Below, piece by piece: positions 24,201 through 36,200 of a DNA stretch of 64,000 bases (its first letter is position 1; every line of letters begins with the position of its first letter). The stretch spans positions 62,001 through 126,000 of the forward strand of contig NW_020845410.1 in assembly GCF_003704095.1 (NCBI RefSeq). The letters run 5' to 3'. The stretch is from Pocillopora damicornis (Eukaryota). The notes beneath the pieces were generated by a model. The model ran no database searches. It was not told the DNA's origin and was given only the letters and a program-made list of their open reading frames with translations. The translations under genes were made by a program, and so were the position numbers.

Positions 24201-27200
24201 GATCATGCTGACAACCTCTCAAGGATTGCTCCTCTGCTCATAAAAGGATGTTTGTCTTAGCATAACTTACTCGGCCGTGGAGGTCTGGGCTGACCCGGAA
24301 GTATATCTCTTTCTAAATTCCTGTCTCCTTTCCCCTCTGACAGCCAGCAGTAACAAGGGAAGAGGGCCCGGTCAGCTTCTGCAGGCGCTACTTCGACCTC
24401 CTCCACAAATATACCCTTCCCTTCTCCTTTGCTGTCATGACCAATACGCAGCTTCTCGATCTGAAAGATGATAGAATTATATTTAACTCCCAAAAGTGAT
24501 TCAACGCATTTTCTCCTTATGATGTTCATAGATTTTCCAGTAAACATGTAATGAGAACACTTAAACTCATCAGGTGGAGATTTTTATCCTGATCTAACAC
24601 CAAATTCTCGTAACTCATTTACAAGAAAATGCGTGGCTTCAAGAGGGGAGAATTGACAATAAAATTTAAGGAGTGGAAGGGTTAGACTCCTAGGTTTTTT
24701 TACGAATCAGGGCGCTCGAAGTTTAACAGTTATTTCATAAATGTCAATATGAGAATTATTTTTTGAAATTTTGGCAGTTTGTGAAGATTATAGCGAGAAG
24801 AGGTAATTTCTTACGTTCCCAAGGCCCTTGAGGAAAAATCCTAATTTCTCCAGGATTTTTCCAGGTTTATCTGGAACCCTGAATTCAATGACACAGTTTA
24901 CACAATCGGCAGACGAGCCTTTATGACTGACATTCCCGACACATCACTAAAACAACCCACCTTTCCAATATTTACGGTCTCCACAGTAAACTTATACATT
25001 CTGCCTTTTTCGAATTTGTTGAGAGATGAACCAACAGGCCGCAGCATTATCTTGCTGGTTTCTCCCTTCTCACCAAACAATTGGACATAAAGGTTGGTGT
25101 CAGGGCTAAGAACGTCACCAAGTTTGACTGACATTGTATACGACGTGTCTAAAAAATTCAGTTACACAAAATATGAGCACACATTGAATAACATCATGAA
25201 ATAAACGTATGGCAACCTTAAAAACTTCCACAAGTGATAACAAAGTAACTTCTCCTTACAACGTCCATACACTTATCAGGTTGAATTTGTAGTCTTGATG
25301 GAACACCAAATTCTCATAGCTAATGTACAAGGAAATGTGTGGCAGCCAGAGAGGAGAATTTACAATCAGATCTTAGGAGTTAAAGGGTTGAGAAAACTGT
25401 CTACAAAGGAAATAAATATACCATAAAAAAGGCCTGAACTAATTTTTCTTAAGGTACTTTTAGCTTCAAACAATGAATACGTTTAGCTTGGTTGAGACAT
25501 TTTAGTAGAGCGAGGGGTGGGGGAGGAAGTGTGGGCACTGTGCCTCTTCCTGCAATTCTTTTCTGTCAAAAAGAATGAGTCAGATTAACTGCCTGTCTCA
25601 AAAAAAAACACTTACAACTACAAATGCCCATGTGGGGACAAAATAAATCTTAAAATGCCATTAAACTTGAGATTTTTTTGCATAAGAGCCGTGCAAAACC
25701 AACAAAAGTTAGGCGAAAACGTTTCAATTGTCTCACTTACTAGGCAGAGGAGTAACTGCAAACATCTCCCTCTCAATTTTCCCATCATCAACATCCTGAG
25801 CCAACCAGCAGCGACAAGGAAACTTCACTCTATCCTGTCGGGCAGGAACCTCTACTTCAACCTCCTCCACAAAGAATCCTGACCCATATCCAGTGTGATC
25901 ATGGCTCAGCTTAATTCTGTCAACCTGCCAGTTTAATCATAAACATAGCGTCAGCTTTCCTACCAGCAACTTTTTTGCTCACTGCGCTGGCTAGAACAAA
26001 TTTTTGGTGACTACTTTGTCATGCTGAGGTTGCCTCCCAGTGTTTTATCAGGCTTCCCTGACAGTTTCCACTAATCATTTAAACTAATGTGTGAAGAGAG
26101 ACACTATTAGAGTTAAGTTTCCAGCCTTAGCACAATCATCTGGCAAGATCTCACATCCTCACCTCTAGTGCCCAAACCCTGGGGAAACATGGGAGACTCA
26201 TTACCTTTCCAATATCAACAGTATCCACTGTAAACTTGTATGTCCTTCCTTTCTCAAACTTGTTTCTTGTATCTCCTGCCTGTCGCAGCTGGATCTTCGC
26301 TGTATTCCCACGCTCACCAAACAACTGGATGTAAACATTGCCATCTGTCCCTGATCCCTTGACATCACCCACTTTGATACTAAGGTTATAAGTGGCTAAT
26401 AAAAAGCAAAGGAATTTTTAATTAGTAAACAAGCATCAATTGTTAGTGATCAAGAGGTTGCAATAGCCTGTTACACATACTTCTGCCAAAGAGTGTTTGT
26501 GACTATAGAAGAGGCTAAATAAAACTTGTATTAAAAAGTTAATAAATGGCAGCAAGATGGCTTATATGGATTTATAAGCAGACATAGACAGCTGAAAACC
26601 AGTTTGTAATTCCATGTGTATTGATACACATTTATTGATTACCTTGAGAGTGAATTGGAAGTGGCTGCTTTATGAGCTTTACTGTAAATTCATTTTATAG
26701 CTGCAGGCAGACCCCAGGTCTGTACACATTTTTTGTGGCAAAAATAAAACATATTTTACAAATCATTTCTTTCCATGATTTAGACTCAAAGTTACTGGTA
26801 AAATGGCATGGCCCAAGAAAAATAACAAATTTGTCTCAAAGTTGAAGGGGGCTCTTTGGTTGATATTCATCTTTCTTCTCATCAGCTTTCTGCTTGAAAA
26901 TTACGTTGATACTGAAAAGATAAATGCCCTTCTGTCACTTCTGGATGCAGAAAGGTTAGTTGGTAAATTCAGCTACCTCATTAAGACCTTAACCATCAAT
27001 TAAGAACTTCTTTGCAGCATCAAATCAAAAAAATTCTTATTTTTTTCAATTTCTTCAGTAATCTTAAGACTCCTTCCTCTTTCCAGAACTTGAAAATGTA
27101 TTTGCAAATTTCCATTAGCTACTTCAAGAACTCAACACTCTATACTAGCCCTAATAACTGTGTATTGGAATATTTGCTGATCCTTTATGGTAATCTTGAC

Positions 27201-30200
27201 AATTGACTCTTTCTAATTCATAAACCCTGTATGCATCAACAGAAAGATAAATAGCTGAAGTTTGAATACACATTTCTCTAAACAAAGAACTTCATTTTGC
27301 ACCTGCTAACCTACCCCTATAATCCAATTAGCAAAAAAATCCATTAACGCTTATGGCACATTTTCAAGCATATACTGTAACTAAAAAACACAGCAAATTT
27401 AAACAGTGCCAAAAATAACTTCATGCAGTTACTATTAATATAAAATACTATAAAAAAAACAGTTTCTTCCTATAGAAAAAATATCCTGTTTCATGCTAGT
27501 TTAAAATATTCCAAATGCATGCTGAGAAAACAAAAATTATGTCACACATACATAAAAGGAAAAAAAATTAAATTCAGAATTAAGTTTGAAGACAGCGGTG
27601 AATTCCATGAATTAATTTTCACAAAAGTATACTTTGAAACAGAAAACCAAACCAAACATGAGAGTGTAAAACCACATCTAGTTCATAACTGAATGTAAAG
27701 TACTTTACAGAGTGAAAAACATTCTCAAAATTGTGAATTTTTCAAAAGAGAAGCTACATCACAAAAAAACAATGATACAAATCAATCAGCATGCTCAAAA
27801 TTACTGTCACACATTGGTGACAATTTTCACTGTTAAGTAAAAACCTAACTCACATTGGTCTTGACTTCACTTTTTTAAAAACAAAAGAATTGATACAGAA
27901 ATACCTTTTGGTTTATCATCAGGCGAAATCAAAGGAAAAAACCTCATAAAGAGAGACTGGGCATTCCACAAATCCATCTTAGTTTAAATTCAAATTCCAA
28001 CATAAATTTCTACTGCAATCAATTATTCAAAAAAAGCCACAGACAAGATCAAAAAATAAACACCTTTAATTCAAAAAACACACCTGCTCTAAAAAAACAC
28101 AATAGAGGCAATAGAGGTCAATGATATCCAACCTCTCAGGCACTTAATTCATCATCTTATCTAACACACTATCTACAAGAAGCCTTAGGTTTTTATGCTA
28201 ATGTTCCCAATTGCCTTTTAACTTAATTAAAAACCCTATCTGAGGAGAGAGAAATGGATAGTTGTTTTGAAACAAATGACAGACACAGTGAAAGATGAAT
28301 TAATTACTTTGCTCTCTTAGAATTATGAACATATTAGCATCTTGTCAGCGGCAAAAAAGTCTTGAATAGTGTTCATTTCCGCTGCACAATTATTTTGCTA
28401 CAGAATTCAGTAATGCTGTAGAACTGAATCTTGGCTCACAAAAGAAAAAATACTGTGTGCCTATTTCAGACCCACATTGGGCTACATTTATGTGAGCTTG
28501 TCAACAATCAGTTCACCTATGAGTAATGGATTTTGAAATTTAACTTCTGAACATTTCTGCAAGTTTGAAAAACATATACATGTACTTTCTTAGGAAAGAA
28601 TTAACTTAAAAATGCTTCAATTATATCTATAAAAATCCATCTTTGTACAATATTCTCCTTTTCCAAATGGAAACAATAAGAAGACATTTTGATAGAACAA
28701 CTCAAGAGTAGAATCACACAGTACACTTGGGAGATACCTTATCCCTTATCCCTTATCCTGACTAGCATCTCATTTCTCCCTAAAATATCACCCTGAATCA
28801 CACATTAAGGTCATGAGAATAAAGGAAATTATCAGCAACCAAAGAAGCTTTTGATCGGTACACAAATTCTTCTTGTCAGCACCTTAGGAAATGTATAAAG
28901 AACAGTATGGAGAATATGCATACTGATGTAAGGGTGTAAAGGGTTAAAGTCCCTAACATCAGTATCCACTTTCTCCGTACTCTACTTTATAAATTTCCTT
29001 TGGTATTCACGAGGAGAATTTGTTTAACAATCAAAGCTTCAAATGTTGGAAATCCATATTCTCGTGATCGTAATGAGTTATTCAGCAGTATTGCTGTAAG
29101 GAGAAGTTAGATGCTAATCATTCTCAGGGTTTAAAGGGTTAAATACACTAATAAAAATGATTTCATATACATACTGCTTTGTCTTCCTGAGGCACTTGAT
29201 GACCGTGGCATGGTTGTTGATGAGGATGGAGTCCCTCGGGGGGTTGAAGATGTGCTGCGAGGTAATGATTGACTTGTCATGCCATAAGCTTTAGGTCCCA
29301 CTGAACTGGACTGAGATGAATGTCGTGAACCTTGAAGAAAACAAGATTTTACTACTATTTGGTTTCAATGATAACACCACATATGTATGTACTATGAGAA
29401 TATGGAGTTCAAAAAGATTAATGATTTACAAGCTGAACAAACTGCACTTAAGCAATTGACTATTAAATATGGTTGGCCATCTTATTGTTCAGCTTAATAA
29501 GTTTGGTTATTGAGTGTTTTTTGAAAGTCAGATAAAGGGAACTTCGAATTCTCAACAGTAATTTTTTGTGGGCTTGGTAGCTGGTCTCAGAGAGACACCT
29601 CACCCAGGCTACCCCCTCCCAGATAACAACTGACTGATTTTCTAATCAAAGCAATGTCTGAAAGAATGCTCTTAGTCCCGCCTAATTACAGCATCATAAA
29701 AAAGCAGCTGTTACATTACACAACAGATGGAATAAGCTATTAAGAACTGTTAAACTCCTTGGCTTGGTTAATCAAAGAGTGGATAACACTATCCACTGGA
29801 TAATCTCTCCCGGTGAATAGTGCAGTATGTTTTGTTAACACTTATACACTAAATAACAAGTTATTCATTGGACAGCCACCATAGTTATCTGCCCTTCAAA
29901 CAACTGCACCCTAATGAAAACATCATTTCACTTAAGAACTGGGCAGTCAGGTTTTGCAGGTGATTGTGTGTCTCACACTGCAACACACTGCAGTACGTAC
30001 CACCTAATGTGTGTTTCAAGTGACAGTCACATCGAATGTGACACATTTGCATCAAGATGACTCTTAATTGTCTTACAATTTCTTACCTGTTGGTGTCTGG
30101 TAACCATCCGACACACTTCCTGGGTTACTAGGCGTAGGTGTCCGTCTTCCCTCCCCTGAAGCATAGCCACTCTGGCTTCCTGGACTATAGGGTGTCCGAT

Positions 30201-33200
30201 AGTCCTCCACAGAAGAGTGAGATCCAGGGCCCCGCCTGCCTGATCGGTACTCATCCCCAGGCACATACTGTTTTGTTATTGTTCTAGGTGCACTTCCATT
30301 GACAGCTCTGTTGTCAAATGTGTATCGCTCTACAGTGGTTTGTGTGCTGCCTGGATCATATGTATCTTCAACTACTTTTCCATCCAGAGTTCGTACCGTA
30401 CGCATTTCTGTCCTAGTGACAACCTTTTTCACTGTTTGTCCTGGGGTAAGGTCTGAAAAAGCAGAAGACATATTAGTGCTTTTAAGAGATGTCATTGATG
30501 TTTTTGTATACTGTAAATTAGTAGAAATCTGCTCATGTTCTATCATAAATGGCGCAATCTAGTAAGCTACACCTTGCCCTTATCAGTTATCATGAAGTAG
30601 AAATCTCAAGCTCACTGTCTTATTGTTAACTAATAAAATAAATGAGACCTCATGAAAATTTATGATTGAAATAAGGAATTACTGAAATATCACACACAAT
30701 GCATTTACACCCTTGACCCTTCAACTCCTAAGAACTCATAAGTAATTCTCTTTACTTCCTGTCATACAATTCTAATAATGTTAGTTCTGAGAATTTTGTA
30801 CTGGATCAACTTATTATCCCCTGACTGATATTTGTCTTTACTCTCATCACTTGTCTGCTTGATATTGTAAGGAGAAATTCTATCTTGATCACTCATGGGA
30901 GTTAAAGGGTTAAGGTATATTTTTCTCCAATGGCAAAATTATAAACATATTAAGTAATTACCAGCCTCCATGAGATCTTTTTCCCAGTCCTTGTTCATGA
31001 GAGCATTAGAATGTGGTCCTGATACTGTGGCAGAGTTTCCATGATCCATGCTTTTGTCATAGAGAGGGTTTTGGTCATCCCTGTGCCAAAATAAGCATTG
31101 AAAAGAGGTCTACATTTTTAATTATTAAAAACCGATTGTACTAACACCAGTCACTGATTAGCATAGGGTTTACAACACCACATGATACTACAAATCATTT
31201 ATTTATCTTCTATGTGATGGCAATCCTACAAAATCAGCTGGGGTAAGCAGCATGTAAAAGAACACATAGAATTATGTTCACCTTTTTACAAACTACTAAT
31301 CAGAAGTGTCAGTTCATTTGCTTATATTTCACATCTATGACAATGATACTGTGCTTTTGTTGGAATGTTAAAAAAACAAATTGCCAAAATATTGTCACCC
31401 ACTGAGAAGAAAATCTACTAAACCTGAGGAGAATTCCATTAAACACTGTGAACTGACTTCACTCATTGAAAGTAAATTAGACGAAGGCTTGTCCCATATT
31501 AAATATCTTAGTTTGGTCTCACTTTTGATGAAAACGTTTCACTAATGGCAAATTTAGTCCATATGGTTTTTACCACTTCATTTTAAAGTGAATTACACAA
31601 TTTCTCATCAACACAAAAATACCTACTTTACAGACAAACATTCAACATTTTTCACCCATTAACAATTAAGGGTTTAAGTTTAAGGGCAGGAGAAGACACA
31701 AATACTGTGAAAGGAAAATCTATCATATACATGTGACTTGCCACATGGAAGTCATGCAACTCCATAACAAACGTTCATAACACTGTCTAACTTTTCTGGT
31801 TAGCAGCAATAATTTTTCACCCATCAACTTCCCTATCAAGGCTTTACAATTAAAATCATGTTCTATAATAAATCCCTGGCTATGAAATTAATGTTTCCTT
31901 TAAGTACTAGCAGAGCTTGCAGAGCATAGCCCCATAATTATAGAAAATAGTAGTAACCCATCAAGCTGAAAAAATTTGGATGTACGACCATACGACTGCA
32001 CAAGGTGCTACTTTTAACGTGCATGATTAACTGTACCACAGGCATGCCAATGCCACAGCTTTTTCCAGTAGTCCAGTGGTCAGTGCACTGGGCTCCGAGT
32101 CAGACGACCAGGCTTCTAGTCCTGGCCAGGGCAAGGTGTTGTGCCCTTAAGACGCACAGGAAAAATAAAATGCAAGCTCCCCTTTTAGGCTTGGCTAAAT
32201 CTATATATTACTCAGTAAATGTACATCAAAATTTTTTTATTACACAGACAAACTGTCACACCTTGAGTCAGAAAGACCTCTTTCCTGGAGAACTTTCCTG
32301 CAAATAGAAAAAACCAAATCAAACCAAATATATCTAAAAAAGTACTTTATACTTTAAAAGATAACACATTTTTAAACTTCATACACAATTACAGCATAAT
32401 ACTAAACAAAATTTCCAACAAACAGAAATACGACAGATTCATGACATTTTATTCAACATAATAGCTGATAAACGTATTTGAAAATAGGGGATGCTTCATT
32501 CTATTTAACACCCTTGATGAAATGTAACTAAACTGAAACATCAACAAAAAATGTTCAAAGCCTATAATTGCATTACATACTTTTTATAAGGCATTCTACA
32601 AACCTTAAAATATCAAATGCCATTTGACATTACTTGAAAATTAACAGATCTCAATTTTTTGTAGAATAAACTTTGTTTTACATCACAAAAGTTAAAAGTA
32701 ATGGTAAACCATGACAGGATAGAACAAAGTTAAGAGGGAAAAAAAACAAATGAATTTAAAATAAACATTTCACCGAAAGTTTGGAAACTGTTCAATTCAT
32801 GTGCTAAGCCAAAATGCCCTCAAACTCTGTGTTAAATTTTTTTTACAAATATTAATCTTGTGAATTAAATACACTCTCTTTTTCACTGTGATGTTAATCA
32901 TGGCACTCTTGTTGAATAAACCACAAAACCTCAATTAGGCCACATAAAACTAGTTACCATGGACTTTTCCCTTTTTCCATGAATTCCAAACAAAAAGATA
33001 TAAAAAATTTACAAAGCCATGTGGATGAATAGCATTTTTGCTGGAAAACATGGTGATAGTTTGTTCAAAGTAAAACCAGAGTGTCAACAGAGTGTTCACT
33101 CAGACCTATACACTGTACATCCATGTACTGGTGGAAATTACTGGGAATGAAATTGTGATGAAGGAATATATTTTGGAGAGGATTGATGACAGCTACTTAA

Positions 33201-36200
33201 TGTAAGTTTATTCATAAATTAATGATGACTTCCAGCTCAGGCTGTATAACCTGGGATTGGGCAGGTAAGCAAATTCATAGCCCATTTTACAGGTCATAAA
33301 TGACCTCTATTACAGAACTGAATTTTTCTCACACATTTATAAAGTATAAGATAAGAAAAATGAGTCCTAGTGATTACATGAACCCCAACAAAAAATACAA
33401 TAAGGTTGCTCAAAACTTTCAGGGATTTGAATTATCGAAAAAAAAAAAACCCTAATGGAAAACAGAAAGTTAACTTTTAAATAATCAAAAGGCCAAGGTG
33501 CTTGTGTGTTAACTGCACTTGTTACAAATAGCTTGGACACATTGCTGCGATTTTGTTTAATTTCACTTCAAGATGCTAAAAAATAGTTGCATATTCTGTA
33601 AGGAATAAAGTTACAAGCTAAAGAAACAACTGCCATCATAAATGGTCTCATATTTTCCCACCGATGAATTTAACAGGTAAAAAAAACAATCCTAATTCTG
33701 CTAATTCATTCCCATTAACATGTCCTGTAGTTTTCTATACTTTTTGTGTCATTTACCTCATCCTGATCTGATCCTGTATAAATATCATGTGTTGTTAATG
33801 CATGCAAAGTATAAGGTAAATGCAAGGCACAATTTCACATTTAAATTGATGATTTAAAATTTTTCATGCATACAAAAAAACAATGAGCATGTGATCTTGT
33901 TTTTTTGGTTTTTTTTTTTTTTAACATACAGTACCACATCTTTGATCTGTTTTTCTTAATGATTAACCTTTGTTAAAGATCAGCCAAAGTCCCCTTTGTT
34001 CTTATTTCAGACAATGTTCCAATTAGTCAGTAACAAAGAAAGCCCATATGAAATAATTCAGCCTAATTTGCACTCAAACTAATTTTATGTTCTAGCTAGC
34101 TACTGCTCAGGGCAATATATCAATCTACATGTGCATTTTCATGTCCAATACAAAGATAATTATTACTAAAAAGACCTTGCAAAAATCTCCTACACATAAA
34201 GTATCATTTTAAGATAATTTTTAGGTGATAAAATACTTTGCAGACATTAACAATGCTGAAAAAACTATGGTTGGTAATTAGTATAAATTTCATAATTAAA
34301 TCATAATTATTCTCTCAGTTAGTTGCATATTTAAACAAGATAACTACTTGGATAAGTTTTACAAAAAGATGCTAATTGAACTTGCACATAAAAAAAAATC
34401 AAATTGTACCAACGCATTACAAAAAAGTTCCTTAAAACAACTGTGTGACATACTCTATATACAGCATGGTAACATACTTGTGAGAACACTCAAAAGCTTT
34501 TAACAAGATGACATCTTTCAACAAAACAGTAAAACTTCTACAGATAGCTAAGAAAATAATATTGTAAAAATCAGACATAGGACAACAAGGAAACAGTATA
34601 TGAACCATGAAAAAGGTTTGGGAAAACTGTTTTGATTCTGAACAGCTTTGAGTTACAACTTACAACTATAGGGGTGAGGTTTCTCTAAATATTATCAAAA
34701 GCTTTGTACCTTTACTTTGTTGAAGAACAAGGGATTTCAGCAACTGATCAAACATTCTGCAAACTGTTTTTTTTTCTACTAGCTTATCAATATCTTAATA
34801 ATTAATGAATTATACCCAAGGAGAAATCTTATACCTCTCACAGAGACACAGTTTGGCCTTGCACCCAAACTTTTTTCATGAAAATTAATCTTTTAAACAA
34901 TTATAAGCCAGGGAAAGGGAAAAAAATCAGCCTTTCAATTCTCAGCATGTAACAATATTTTTTTAGTCCTTGTATTTAAATGTCATTTCAATGCATTAAA
35001 TGTCAAAGGACTGGGAGATGTAAAATGCATTTTTAAAATGTATCTATAGAATTGTGTCAATTATGTTACATGAACATACACTGTATAATAACAACTTGTT
35101 AAATGACAATAGCTTACCTGCCAGAATCTTTACATACAGAATTATTAGAACTATTGTTTTTGTACTGGATTGTATAAAATTATGAGATTAGTTTTTCTTT
35201 CCCTCAATTTACATAAAACTAATATATAATTTATTATCCACTGTGGTATCAGCTGTTGTATTGGATTTATACATGAATTATCAGGCACATTGTACTTAAA
35301 CCTTACGAATTTGTCACATTCATGAGAGTTTCATAAATTCAAAGGTGAAATACTTCTATTAGAACAAGGAAGACAGTGAAATACTTCCAGTTTACATTAA
35401 GATACCATGATATTGTAAACAATTACACACTTTTTATAATAATATTGTCAACAATATAGTTAGGAAGTAATTTATCCCTTACACTGTCTAGATCTCAATA
35501 TCAATTCTCCTTTCCATTGTCAATAGATTAGGTATAATTGTAGCTTTGAGAATTTGGTGTTAAATCTATCAATATCTTCCTGTTAATATTCTACTAAATT
35601 CTGCTCTAGTTGCAAGTTATTTCTATGTGTATTGTTCATGGCAAGAAAACTACAAAGATGGCCACAAATTAAACAACAAATTAACCCATATGATGCTTCC
35701 CCTAAACTGTCAAATCTCCGTTATTAGACACCTTTTTCAATTCCTCTTTTGCCAAGTGACAAAATCTTGTGACATGGACAAGGCAGACATGTCACTGGGG
35801 ATCTACAGTGACCTATTCCAAGTGCAGTACAATGGAACAATTTGTACTGCAAAAGCCACATTAAACCTCAATAACAGATGATAGACATGGTACATGCCGT
35901 CAAAAGGTGAAGGGGGGAAGACAACAAAGAAGAATAAGGACAATGTTTTGGCAGAAGCCAGGGAGGCAGAGCAAGGATAGTAATTTACCAGCTGCAGGAT
36001 GAATTCTGGTGATGTGGATGAGGTAGACATTTAACTGGGGCTCTAAAGTACCTGTGAAAAGAGTGTAAATCACAAATAAACTTGGAGGGATACCAGTGAA
36101 GAATGTTATTGTCTATAGATCCATTGTGAATGTCCATGCATTGCAGAAAGGACAAAAGAAACAGCAAAAGCTGTATGAAGCAGAAAGTCCATTTTATGAT

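Noticed and set aside
15833-26395. Calling the PLAT exons a stand-alone LOXHD1 gene
   Set aside because: Only six PLATs, with no convincing start or stop of their own, interrupted by catenin-type exons and in phase with the catenin on all sides. Kept only as the alternative hypothesis to test.
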